From an uncultured virus (IMG/VR IMGVR_UViG_3300035182_002505) (lineage: Duplodnaviria > Heunggongvirae > Uroviricota > Caudoviricetes), in the IMG/VR virus record IMGVR_UViG_3300035182_002505: a stretch of 20,000 bases of DNA. The stretch is one strand, 5' to 3'. The translations under genes were made by a program, and so were the position numbers. Under the pieces are notes generated by a model. It was given only the letters and a program-made list of their open reading frames with translations. It searched no databases and was not told the DNA's origin. Positions 7,098 through 15,602 of the stretch are shown here, in pieces. How positions within the stretch are numbered: position 1 is the stretch's first letter; each line of letters begins with the position of its first letter.

Positions 7098-8441
7098 ATG
7101 CCCCTGCCTACCGACCTCACGAGCAACCTGCCGAAGGTACCGGATCTGACGGCCCTCCTCCAGGACGTCACGCTGGCGAAGTCCGTCGACTCGCTACTTC
7201 CGCCCGAACTACAGGGTAGCGGGGTGACCGATGAGCTGATCAAGGCCATCCAGTCGGGGGCCGTTTCAACTGCTGACGCGGACGCGCTGATCAAGAAAGG
7301 AATCTCGGCCGGTGCGGGGGCGGCGTGCGCGGCAGCGAGTGGCGGCACACTGGCGATGCTTTGCACCGGCGTGGCGAACGCAGTCCTGGCACAGACAGGC
7401 AGCTTCTTCGCCCATGCGGTTGATCCGACTCCGCCCAACGCGGACATGTTCGACCTGCTGATGGACCCGATGGGCGTAGCGCGTGCCGACATGATGGACC
7501 AGTTGCACGACAAGAAGGCAGACCTGCTTGTTCAAATCCTGCCGATGGCTGGCGGAGACCCTGAATCGGAGAAAGCCATTCAGGATCTGGTAGACACCTT
7601 TTACGAAAGCAAAAACGGCTTCGACGGTGTCACGTTGAAGCCCGACCCCGTCAACCGCCCTGACGACTTCCCTGCGGCGTACGGGTACATGCTTCCGCTG
7701 CTCGGTCCGCAGATCTTTTACACGGACCCCGACACGGGCGACACGTTCGAGAACACGTTCTCCGATGTCAACGCTGCCTGGTGGGAGCCCTACTTCAAGA
7801 AGCTCGGCAAGACCTACAAGGACGCAGGGATCAACGTCGACGTCGGCATCAAGCAGATGATCGCCAAGGCGAAGACCATGTACCCGCAGCAGCTCGCCTA
7901 CACGCAGCCTCAGATGAGGCAGCAAGTGGAGGCGATGCTCGATGCACAACACTTTCTCTACCCGGCCCTGGATGACGCCTTCAAGTTGCGCCTCAAGAAC
8001 GTGATGGCGGGTGTCGCGATCAAGGCAAAGCAGAACCTGATCAAGCAGATCGACAACCTGACCCACGAGCTTGTCGTTCGCAGCGGCACGAGTCCGATGG
8101 ACAAGGACGGTGTTGAAAAGATGCGCCAGAAGGCCATCCAGTACGCCGATGAGCTGAGCAGTGGCTCACCACCCAGCAAGGTGGCTCAAGAGATCGACCG
8201 GGACGTGGGCACCCGCACCGATGCACTTCCGGACCTGACTCCTCTGGCCAACATCAGCGCCGCCCCGATCGCTGCTGACCTGAGCATGGAGAAGATCGAA
8301 AAAAAGCACTCGCACCCATTTCTCAAGGCGGTTGCCATCCTGGCGGGTGTTGCCGTCGTCGGCGCGGGTGGTGTGGCGCTGTATCGCAAGAGCAAGGGGC
8401 TCCCCATCGTCCCGACCAACTTCCGCCGTCCCCTCAAGTGA
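7098..8441 (+). CDS. Tail-anchored membrane protein, paralog 1 of 4 (447 aa)
   Basis: Shared PDDFPAAYGY, WW-x-YF-K-G and MYPQQ-Y motifs. C-terminal TM AVAILAGVAVVGAGGVALY then RKSKGLPIVPTNFRRPLK. Confidence 0.9.
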   Translation: MPLPTDLTSNLPKVPDLTALLQDVTLAKSVDSLLPPELQGSGVTDELIKAIQSGAVSTADADALIKKGISAGAGAACAAASGGTLAMLCTGVANAVLAQTGSFFAHAVDPTPPNADMFDLLMDPMGVARADMMDQLHDKKADLLVQILPMAGGDPESEKAIQDLVDTFYESKNGFDGVTLKPDPVNRPDDFPAAYGYMLPLLGPQIFYTDPDTGDTFENTFSDVNAAWWEPYFKKLGKTYKDAGINVDVGIKQMIAKAKTMYPQQLAYTQPQMRQQVEAMLDAQHFLYPALDDAFKLRLKNVMAGVAIKAKQNLIKQIDNLTHELVVRSGTSPMDKDGVEKMRQKAIQYADELSSGSPPSKVAQEIDRDVGTRTDALPDLTPLANISAAPIAADLSMEKIEKKHSHPFLKAVAILAGVAVVGAGGVALYRKSKGLPIVPTNFRRPLK

Positions 8442-8443
8442 CC

Positions 8444-10075
8444 ATGGCCCCCACTAACAACAGAACCCTCGGCGACAAGACTGACGACACCTTTGGCATG
8501 CTGCAGGCTCTGCAAAGCCTGAACGTGGCGCGGCAGGCGGGGTCCCAGCTTCCTGGGGTCTACCAGAAGAACGACACGACTCGGCAGATCATGGACGGCA
8601 TCAGGTCTGGCATCTGGACGAACGAGACCGTCCAGGCCATGATCAACACCGGGATCGGATCCAATCCGGCCAGCGTCTGCGACAGCAAAAAGCCAGGCAT
8701 GGTGGTCCTGTGCGCCATAGCGACCGAACTCGTACGCTCGGCAACGGCAGGATGCCTCTCGGCGCGCGTCCCGTTCGAGCCGCCGACCCTGGCAGGGATC
8801 ATCGGCGATGACCCGCTCTTCGGTGGCGCCTTTCAGGGCAAGGAGTACGTCGAGAACACGCCGGATCCGGTCGGCTCGATCGCCAAGCTGATGGTGAAGC
8901 AGCTCAGCACCTTTCGGGCCTGCCTGTTCGAGGTCGTTCCGGAAATCGCCGGCACGATGGTCGATGCCCAGACCATCATGGACCAGGTCGTCGACGGCAT
9001 GATCCAGAACCTCTACGGCCTGCCTCTGCAGGGCATTAAGGCGCTGGCGCCCGAGCTGGTGTCGAAGACCAAGGACCAGGATGCGACGGACGCCTCGTGG
9101 TGGAGGACGTACTTCGCCAAGCTGGGCGCGACCTACAAGGCCGCCCTGCCCGACAGCGAGGACGACATCGACGAGGTCGTGACCAGGGTCATCCAGAAGG
9201 CGGACGCCGAGTACCCGACGCAGGCGCAGTATTCGCTGCCATTTTACCGGCAGCAGATCGCAGCGATGATCGACGCGCAGACCTTCTTCTACCCCTTGTT
9301 GGACCGGGCTCTCCTGGCCCGTCTCACCGGCGTGTCGGCTGCGGCCGCACTGGCCACGAAGTTCAAGGTGGCATCGGCCGCCGTGGCGCTGGGCGATCTG
9401 ATCCGCAAGGCCTTCCAGGGCACCTCGCTGAACACGTCGACCACCTCGGTCGACAACATCGCGATCGGAGCCCTCGAGTCCATGGCCAACCGGAGCCCGG
9501 AGGAGATGGTGGAGGTCATCCTGAGCGCGACTGCGACCTCGTCACTGTCCCCGGAACTCCTGGTCACCCTCACCCCCGTGGAACCCAGCAAGCAAGGCCC
9601 GGGGGCCTTCCAGCTTTTCCCCACGAACATGCCACCGGTCACTACGACGAAGCCTGGGCCGATCGCGGGAGGGTTCCGGCCCGTCCCGGGCCAGGCGCCG
9701 AGGCCGAGCCCCGGCCAGGTCCCGAGCGACTGGCTCAAGCCGATCCCCGTGGTCGCACCTGCGAGCAGCTCGCACAGCGGCTCGCACAGCAGCTCGCAGA
9801 CCAGCGCCTCGGCGGGCTCGTCGACCGGTGCCGGTGCCGGCCACAACAGCGGCTCGAGCCACGCGTCGCCCGGCGGCGCTGGCCCCCAGGGACCGGTGGC
9901 GTCAGCGCCGGCGGAGGAGGCTGCCGACACCAAGACCCCGACGACCCATCCGGTCCTCAAGGGACTCGCCATCGCGGGCGGCGTGCTCGCCGTTGGCGCC
10001 GGAGGCCTCGCCCTCTACCGCAAGACCCAGGGCCTTCCGGCCATCCCGACGAACCCTCGTAAACCGCTTTCCTGA
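8444..10075 (+). CDS. Tail-anchored membrane protein, paralog 2 of 4 (about 543 aa), Pro/Ser/Gly-rich stalk
   Basis: PELVSKTKDQDAT..SWW and YP.Q.QY..PFYRQQ motifs. C-terminal TM then YRKTQGLPAIPTNPRKPLS. ATG 8444, or GTG 8438 overlapping the upstream TGA. Confidence 0.9.
   Translation: MAPTNNRTLGDKTDDTFGMLQALQSLNVARQAGSQLPGVYQKNDTTRQIMDGIRSGIWTNETVQAMINTGIGSNPASVCDSKKPGMVVLCAIATELVRSATAGCLSARVPFEPPTLAGIIGDDPLFGGAFQGKEYVENTPDPVGSIAKLMVKQLSTFRACLFEVVPEIAGTMVDAQTIMDQVVDGMIQNLYGLPLQGIKALAPELVSKTKDQDATDASWWRTYFAKLGATYKAALPDSEDDIDEVVTRVIQKADAEYPTQAQYSLPFYRQQIAAMIDAQTFFYPLLDRALLARLTGVSAAAALATKFKVASAAVALGDLIRKAFQGTSLNTSTTSVDNIAIGALESMANRSPEEMVEVILSATATSSLSPELLVTLTPVEPSKQGPGAFQLFPTNMPPVTTTKPGPIAGGFRPVPGQAPRPSPGQVPSDWLKPIPVVAPASSSHSGSHSSSQTSASAGSSTGAGAGHNSGSSHASPGGAGPQGPVASAPAEEAADTKTPTTHPVLKGLAIAGGVLAVGAGGLALYRKTQGLPAIPTNPRKPLS
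9048..9087 (+). repeat. Constant block A, copy in paralog 2 (40 bp identical to 10734-10773)
   Basis: cgcccgagctggtgtcgaagaccaaggaccaggatgcgac in both places. Confidence 0.93.
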
Positions 10076-10087
10076 AAGACGACCCTC

Positions 10088-11503
10088 ATGCCTCACGTGC
10101 TCGGAGACGCAGTACAAGACAAGATCGTAGCAGCCCTGCAAGAGCTGTCGGATGCCAAGACGCAGGAAGCACAGCTTCCGGTGGCTCTTCAGGGAGACGA
10201 CATCTCGACGGACATCCTCGCAGGGATGCGCAGCGGTGCGTTCACCGAGGCGGAGATCCAGTCGCTGATCCAGAACAGCACCTCGGCGCGTCCGGACGAC
10301 ATCACCAGGTCCACCAAGCCCGGGATGGTGACGATCAACAAGGTTTCTCGAGGGCTCATCGATCAAGCAACCGCCTCGTGCATCGGGCCGAACGCGACGG
10401 TTCAGCACAACAACTTGAGCGGCTGGGGCATTTTCAGCGCAGGCAAGGTGGACTTCAGCGGTCAGGGAGACAACTTTGACCAGCTCGGGTACCAGCCCGT
10501 CTCCGACCTCATCACGCAGCAGAATGCCGCGTTGAGGGATGACAACGCCTGCCTCATCGCCAACGTGACGCCGATCGCGGCCAACGATCAGGTGACCCGA
10601 TCGCTGCTGGTCAACCAGATCGACGACTTCACCAAGCCGCAGGACTTCGGCCCCCCGGACGTGGTCAATCGACCCAACGACTTCCCCGCAGGTTACGGCT
10701 ATAAATTGCCGCTTTTTCCGATCAAAACGCTCTCGCCCGAGCTGGTGTCGAAGACCAAGGACCAGGATGCGACCGAAAGCTCCTGGTGGAGAAAGCACTT
10801 CCAGAAGGTCGGCGACATTCTCTCCGGAGCAGGCGTCTACGACCGGACGGTTCAAGACGTGATCGGTCAGATGATCGCGAACGCTGACACGATGTACCCG
10901 CAGCAGATGCAGTACACCGTCCCCTTCTACCGTCAGCAGTACGAAGCGCTGGTGGACATGCAGGCGTACCTGAACCCGGTCCTCGATGAGGCGCTGCGTC
11001 GCCGGCTCTCGGGTGTCATCGCCGGGTGGGCTTTGGCTACCCACAAGGGGGTGGTGGACGCGATCGTCAATCTCGTCTACCTAATGGCGGACATGTCCGG
11101 GGTGAATGTCCGGAACAACGCGAAGGCAGACCAGCTCGTGGCCAGGGCTCTGACCTACGCCACAGCTCTTCTGACCACGCCAGTGACGCAGGTTGCCAAG
11201 AATCTGGCGGCTGACGTGCCGAACATGGCTGGCCCGCTGGACGTGAGCCTTCTCACCAACCTCTCCCTCACGCCACAGATTCAACTCATCAACATCCACG
11301 GGGGAAGCAAGAACCCGCTGGGTGCACCCAGCGGGGCGCCAGGAGAAGGGGGGTCGGGCGGGACCAGCACAGGCCACAAGATCCTGGTAGGATTCGGCAT
11401 CCTGGCGCTCGTGACCGGAATTGCTGCGGCGAGCGTGGCCGTCTACCGTAAACGCAAGGGACTGCCCGCAATCCCATCCGACTTCACCAAGCCGCTTCGT
11501 TGA
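10088..11503 (+). CDS. Tail-anchored membrane protein, paralog 3 of 4 (471 aa)
   Basis: PNDFPAGYGY, PELVSKTKDQDATESSWW and MYPQQMQYTVPFYRQQ motifs. C-terminal TM then YRKRKGLPAIPSDFTKPLR. Confidence 0.9.
   Translation: MPHVLGDAVQDKIVAALQELSDAKTQEAQLPVALQGDDISTDILAGMRSGAFTEAEIQSLIQNSTSARPDDITRSTKPGMVTINKVSRGLIDQATASCIGPNATVQHNNLSGWGIFSAGKVDFSGQGDNFDQLGYQPVSDLITQQNAALRDDNACLIANVTPIAANDQVTRSLLVNQIDDFTKPQDFGPPDVVNRPNDFPAGYGYKLPLFPIKTLSPELVSKTKDQDATESSWWRKHFQKVGDILSGAGVYDRTVQDVIGQMIANADTMYPQQMQYTVPFYRQQYEALVDMQAYLNPVLDEALRRRLSGVIAGWALATHKGVVDAIVNLVYLMADMSGVNVRNNAKADQLVARALTYATALLTTPVTQVAKNLAADVPNMAGPLDVSLLTNLSLTPQIQLINIHGGSKNPLGAPSGAPGEGGSGGTSTGHKILVGFGILALVTGIAAASVAVYRKRKGLPAIPSDFTKPLR
10736..10789 (+). 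repeat. Constant block A, copy in paralog 3 (54 bp identical to 12304-12357)
   Basis: cccgagctggtgtcgaagaccaaggaccaggatgcgaccgaaagctcctggtgg. Confidence 0.95.
10891..10939 (+). repeat. Constant block B, copy in paralog 3 (49 bp identical to 12459-12507)
   Basis: gatgtacccgcagcagatgcagtacaccgtccccttctaccgtcagcag. Confidence 0.95.
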
Positions 11504-11511
11504 GGAACGCC

Positions 11512-13458
11512 ATGGACCAAGAAAACCAAGCCATCGAGACCGAGAACTACGAGGCCGCACCGCCTTCCGAGGGGGCCACGCTCAGCGCCCTTCCGGGCGA
11601 CGACCAGACCCGTGGATCCGTCGGCGAAATCGGGCAGGTGTCGACGGACGCCGCCGACCATCCTTCCGACTTGAGCGCCGTCCCCAACGACAGCCAGGAC
11701 TTCAAGATCTCATCGGCGCTGACGGATCTTTCCTCGGCCAAGCATGATGAAGCCAGACTTCCCGGCGTCTTCATGGAAGACGTCTCGACGAAGGAGATGC
11801 TCGATGGGATTCGCCAGGGAACGCTCAGCTTCAACACGCTGGACCTTTTGATCGCGAACGCGCGCAGCTCGCGACCGGATCACGTCTGCGACGTCAACAA
11901 TTACGGCATTGCGATGATCTGCAAGGCGTCGTACGGCCTGGTCTCGAAGAACGTGGACCCATGTATCGGCGCATCGCAGAGCCTGGGATGGGGATGGTCA
12001 CCGTTTGCTCACGGAGCGGACTCGGACACCCCCCAGGGCGATCTCTTCGACGTATCGCTCGATCCCGTCGGGGACGAGTCCACGAGCAGGAAGCAGAAGA
12101 TCGCGGACGTCCACGCTTGCCTGACGAAGATCGTTCCTGCGCTTTGTGCCCAGGACAAGTTCCTGACAGGTGAAGTCCAGCACCAGATTGATGCCTTTAC
12201 CGCCCCCCTGATCAAGGGACTCCCCGACCCGGATCACAAGGCAGACGACTTCCCTGCGGCCTACGGCTACCTGCTCCCGCTGGTCGGCGTCAAGACCATT
12301 TACCCCGAGCTGGTGTCGAAGACCAAGGACCAGGATGCGACCGAAAGCTCCTGGTGGCAGAAATACTTCACCAGGATCGGCCAGCTCTACACGAAGGCCG
12401 GCATCGACCCGACCAACATCAACATCGCGACGTCGAAGGCGATTGCCAACGCGAACAAGATGTACCCGCAGCAGATGCAGTACACCGTCCCCTTCTACCG
12501 TCAGCAGGTGGAGGCGATGATCGACGGGCAGAAGTTCTTCTATCCCACCCTCGACAACGTCTTCAAGCGGAGGCTGACCAACGTGATCGCAGGCGCAGCA
12601 ATCGCGGCCAAGCGGAACATGATCGCTGCGATCGTCAGCCTCGTCTACACCATGGGTGAGGTGGGGGGCCTGGACGTCACCAACCAGGCCGTGGCCGATG
12701 ACCTTGTCTCCAGGGCCTTTATCTTCGCCAACAGCCTGCTAACCTCATCCGTCGCGACGGTGAGGGCCGACGTGCTGGCTTACCTGCAGAACCTGAAGGT
12801 GCCGGCTGTCCTGCCGATCGTGACTTCCATCGCACCGATCGTCCCGATCGTCTCTCTGACGCCGGCTCAGATCAAGAAGGACAGCAGCAGCCAGGGCCAG
12901 CAAACCCTCACCCCACTGATGCCTGTCGGCGGAGGCAAGACGCAGGGAGACCAGGGTTCGAGCGGGTCGAGTCAAAAGTTCCCCGTCCTCAACCCCGCCC
13001 AGACCTTCCTTCCCGGTACAAAGTTCATCGACCCGGCCTCCAGCTCAGGCGGCTGGCAATCGAGCTTCCCGGGCCTGCACCAGACCTGGAGCAGCTCCGG
13101 CGCAGGCAGCGACAGCGGCAGCGGCAGCGGCTCGTCCCAGAGCAACCAAGGGTCGGACACGGGAACGGGCAGCGGATCGGGTCTCGAGTTGACGAAGACC
13201 GTCGACCAGCCCGCGCATGTCGCCCCCCCTGCGGCCGAAGACTCCACGCCGGCCACCGCGGACACCACGCCGGCCACCGCGGACACCACGCCGGCGGCGG
13301 CGACCGACAAGCCCATGAGCCCCGTCGTCAAGGGCATCCTGTTCGTTGCGGGTGCGGCTGCCCTCGGGACAGCGGGCTACCTGATCTGGCAGGCGACACA
13401 GAAGAAGGCAGCCACGGCTTCCCTGCCGCCTGCCAGCGACGACGAGACCCCGTTATAA
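11512..13458 (+). CDS. Tail-anchored membrane protein, paralog 4 of 4 (about 648 aa), acidic N-terminal extension and Ser/Gly/Thr-rich stalk
   Basis: GAGGA upstream of ATG 11512; same core motifs. C-terminal TM GILFVAGAAALGTAGYLIW then QATQKK. Confidence 0.9.
   Translation: MDQENQAIETENYEAAPPSEGATLSALPGDDQTRGSVGEIGQVSTDAADHPSDLSAVPNDSQDFKISSALTDLSSAKHDEARLPGVFMEDVSTKEMLDGIRQGTLSFNTLDLLIANARSSRPDHVCDVNNYGIAMICKASYGLVSKNVDPCIGASQSLGWGWSPFAHGADSDTPQGDLFDVSLDPVGDESTSRKQKIADVHACLTKIVPALCAQDKFLTGEVQHQIDAFTAPLIKGLPDPDHKADDFPAAYGYLLPLVGVKTIYPELVSKTKDQDATESSWWQKYFTRIGQLYTKAGIDPTNINIATSKAIANANKMYPQQMQYTVPFYRQQVEAMIDGQKFFYPTLDNVFKRRLTNVIAGAAIAAKRNMIAAIVSLVYTMGEVGGLDVTNQAVADDLVSRAFIFANSLLTSSVATVRADVLAYLQNLKVPAVLPIVTSIAPIVPIVSLTPAQIKKDSSSQGQQTLTPLMPVGGGKTQGDQGSSGSSQKFPVLNPAQTFLPGTKFIDPASSSGGWQSSFPGLHQTWSSSGAGSDSGSGSGSSQSNQGSDTGTGSGSGLELTKTVDQPAHVAPPAAEDSTPATADTTPATADTTPAAATDKPMSPVVKGILFVAGAAALGTAGYLIWQATQKKAATASLPPASDDETPL
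12304..12357 (+). repeat. Constant block A, copy in paralog 4
   Basis: Identical to 10736-10789. Confidence 0.95.
12459..12507 (+). repeat. Constant block B, copy in paralog 4
   Basis: Identical to 10891-10939. Confidence 0.95.
13244..13295 (+). repeat. 21-bp tandem repeat, 2.5 copies (TPATADT) in the stalk of paralog 4
   Basis: ccacgccggccaccgcggaca twice, then ccacgccggc. Confidence 0.9.
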
Positions 13459-13613
13459 ACGCCTGTACCGGGGACCGCCGGCCATGATACCCGGCGCCAG
13501 TGCGCGCCAGGCACACCGTTCTGCGCATCGACCATTTCAGCCGATGCGACCTGCACATCGAACGCAAGTTCTGCTAGCGCAGGGCTCGGCGAGTAGGGCA
13601 GAAGCTGGATCAT
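13377..13613 (-). CDS. Possible small hypothetical protein (78 aa)
   Basis: ATG directly follows the stop of 13614..14957 (TAAATG) and the ORF fills the gap, but it overlaps the 3' end of paralog 4 convergently by 82 nt and has no motif. Confidence 0.3.
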   Translation of the reverse strand: MIQLLPYSPSPALAELAFDVQVASAEMVDAQNGVPGAHWRRVSWPAVPGTGVYNGVSSSLAGGREAVAAFFCVACQIR

Positions 13614-14957
13614 TTAGTCTTTCCTCGGCACAGGCACGGCCTTGACGATCCCCCATCGGGGGGACTCGATCAGACCGAGTTTTTTCAACTTCTTGAGCTG
13701 CGTCCGAACGGTTCCATCGGGCATGTCCGCCAGCAACTGGATAGCTTCGCTCGGAGACATCTCTTCGCCAGAGGACCTGATTACCCCAAGGACCCTTCTG
13801 GCGGACGGAGACAGTCCAAGCATCTTGGCATCGGCCTTCGGGGCGGCTTTCGGGGCGGCTTTCGGGGCGACCTTCGGGGCAGTGGGCAGTTCGGGTGCCG
13901 AAACGACGGAAACGACGGAAGTAGAGTCGCGAGGCTCGATCACCGGGTTACGAACGGGTTCGACCGTCTGAGTAGACGGTGGGTCGACCGATGATCCGTG
14001 CTCGATCACCGATAGCTCGTCAAGCAGTCGAGCCCTCTGCTGCTCGATGGAGGCCGCCTGCACATCGATCTCGGCGATACGATTGACGATCTCCGCTGCT
14101 CTACACAACGCGACAGCCCCCAGGGATAGCAGGTACGAAGCGGCAGCTCCCTTGCTTGTCATGGTATTTGGTGATTCTGAAGCCCGACCCACGGGTACCA
14201 CAGGCGGCGATTGGCTCGAAGGGTTGGCACCGCCCGATGGGGCCTGCGCCTCGCCACCTGCGACACCGGTCGCGACTTCCTGGACGTCCCCGTCTCCGTC
14301 CTCGTCTCCGTCATCATCCGGAGAGTCGTCCTCGTCTTCTCCGATCTCGTCGTCGTCGGCCTGGATCTCGTCGCTGGTAACGGCGTCGCTGGCGGCGTCG
14401 TCCGGGTCATCATCGTCTGGGTCATCATCCTCGGCGTCACTGGCGTCGTCGTCCGGGTCATCATCCTCGGCATCGCTGTCGACGCTCTCGTCATCCTCAG
14501 CGTTTTCATCATCCGAAGTGGACTCGTCCTTCTCGTTGTCGCCAGAGGACTCAGCTACCTTTGAGCCTGACGGATCTTCTTCGGGTTCACGCTCGATATG
14601 CCCCCTGGTCCCGACGCTCGACCTTCTGGCCTGTTTTGCGGGAACAGCAGGTTTTCGCATGAAATCGAAGCCGGCATCGAGGACAACGAAAAGGTGGCTC
14701 TCGTCAAGGACCCAGTCGTTGTTCTTGCGACGAGTCACGGGGTCACCATCGCAGTCCAGGTGTGACACGAGCCCTTCGCCCGCGCACCCCTGGACCAGCT
14801 CCCGGACCTCTGCCTGCCGCAACCCTTCGCCAGCACCCCAGCGGTAAAGTTGCCCGAGGGAGATGCCGTCTTTGCCGCTCGAGTAGGCCCGGACGATCAG
14901 TGGCTTGATGTGCTTTTCAAGTTCGCGCCGAAGATCGGCAAGTCTGTTGATCGGCAT
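13614..14957 (-). CDS. Putative DNA-binding protein: N-terminal helical/wHTH-like domain, long Asp/Glu tract, coiled coil, C-terminal winged HTH (447 aa)
   Basis: GAGGA upstream of ATG 14957. C-terminal LSPSARRVLGVIRSSGEEMSPSEAIQLLADMPDGTVRTQLKKLKKLGLIESPRWG is wHTH-like. Acidic tract at about 14281-14550. Confidence 0.75.
   Translation of the reverse strand: MPINRLADLRRELEKHIKPLIVRAYSSGKDGISLGQLYRWGAGEGLRQAEVRELVQGCAGEGLVSHLDCDGDPVTRRKNNDWVLDESHLFVVLDAGFDFMRKPAVPAKQARRSSVGTRGHIEREPEEDPSGSKVAESSGDNEKDESTSDDENAEDDESVDSDAEDDDPDDDASDAEDDDPDDDDPDDAASDAVTSDEIQADDDEIGEDEDDSPDDDGDEDGDGDVQEVATGVAGGEAQAPSGGANPSSQSPPVVPVGRASESPNTMTSKGAAASYLLSLGAVALCRAAEIVNRIAEIDVQAASIEQQRARLLDELSVIEHGSSVDPPSTQTVEPVRNPVIEPRDSTSVVSVVSAPELPTAPKVAPKAAPKAAPKADAKMLGLSPSARRVLGVIRSSGEEMSPSEAIQLLADMPDGTVRTQLKKLKKLGLIESPRWGIVKAVPVPRKD
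13837..13880. repeat. 12-bp tandem repeat, about 3.7 copies (APKA/APKV)
   Basis: ttcggggcggct twice, then ttcggggcgacc and ttcggggc. Confidence 0.85.
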
Positions 14958-15006
14958 GGGCGCATTCCTCAAATCGAGAGCTAGCGAGATCCAGGTTCGC
15001 GAACCA

Positions 15007-15543
15007 CTACTGCAGCGGCTCGTGCTCGATCGAGGAGGGGTACTGCGTCGAGGGATCGATGCCGAACGTCATCACGGTGTCCTGGTGCGTATGCGCCTCG
15101 GCGGAGGGCGGCACGATCAGGAAGTCACCGGGGGCCGGGGTCGGCTCGGGCGATGGAGGGACGGGGAGCCCGGCGGCAGCGAACAGGGTGTCCGGGTCGG
15201 CCGGGGCCTGGTGCGTGTAGCCGCGCTCGGCGGTCAGGATCTGGATGGCCGAGTTCCGGCGGGTCACCGCCTGCTTGAGGATCTCGATGAAGCCCGCGAA
15301 GCTCGTCCCGTGCTCCATGGCCGCAACCAGGAGTCCTTCGAGGCCACCGCAGATGGTGACCTTGACGATGTTCTCGAGGTAGGCCGGGTCCTGCTTGGCG
15401 AAGAGTTCGCGGTAGGCCTGCAACGTCTGGGCGTAGTTCTGGTCGACGATTTGCTCGCCGTCCAGCATCGTCCGCATGTTGATCAGGTTCCCGCGCCGCT
15501 GACCGCCATGCTTGTTGCCCTTGGACTTGTTGTGCTTTGACAT
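15007..15543 (-). CDS. Hypothetical protein (178 aa), basic N-terminus and Pro-rich C-terminus
   Basis: GAGGTGG SD before ATG 15543 (MSKHNKSKG). The upstream part of ORF 15007..16023 overlaps the ASCH gene and is discarded. Confidence 0.78.
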   Translation of the reverse strand: MSKHNKSKGNKHGGQRRGNLINMRTMLDGEQIVDQNYAQTLQAYRELFAKQDPAYLENIVKVTICGGLEGLLVAAMEHGTSFAGFIEILKQAVTRRNSAIQILTAERGYTHQAPADPDTLFAAAGLPVPPSPEPTPAPGDFLIVPPSAEAHTHQDTVMTFGIDPSTQYPSSIEHEPLQ

Positions 15544-15602
15544 GTCCACCTCATACCATGCAACCTGCTTGCTTGGCACGAAGAGAAGTGTATGCAGCCC
15601 AA

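Noticed and set aside
7266..11044. Long minus-strand ORFs 7266..8066, 9289..9972 and 9902..11044, and alternate-frame ORF 9097..10062
   Set aside because: Shadows of the paralog genes caused by codon bias; no independent motifs or start signals.
1085..11515. Kozak-like GCCATG/ACCATG contexts suggesting a eukaryotic host
   Set aside because: CCATG is common in GC-rich bacteria; SD sites, coupled genes, sigma70-like promoters and an intrinsic terminator indicate bacterial expression.
10736..12507. Diversity-generating retroelement template/variable repeat pair
   Set aside because: Mismatches in the 101-bp segment involve all four bases rather than adenines only, both copies lie in full genes, and no reverse transcriptase is in the window.
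9048..12507. Shufflon or invertible cassette driven by the serine recombinase
   Set aside because: All shared blocks are direct repeats in co-oriented complete genes; I saw no inverted recombination sites or promoterless partial cassettes.
13569..13603. Possible terminator hairpin (ttctgc...gcagaa) between convergent operons
   Set aside because: Only a 6-bp stem with a long loop and no U-tract.
14047..15540. Plus-strand ORFs 14047..14847 (Ser-rich) and 14905..15540
   Set aside because: Antisense readings of the acidic-tract gene and the 178-aa gene.
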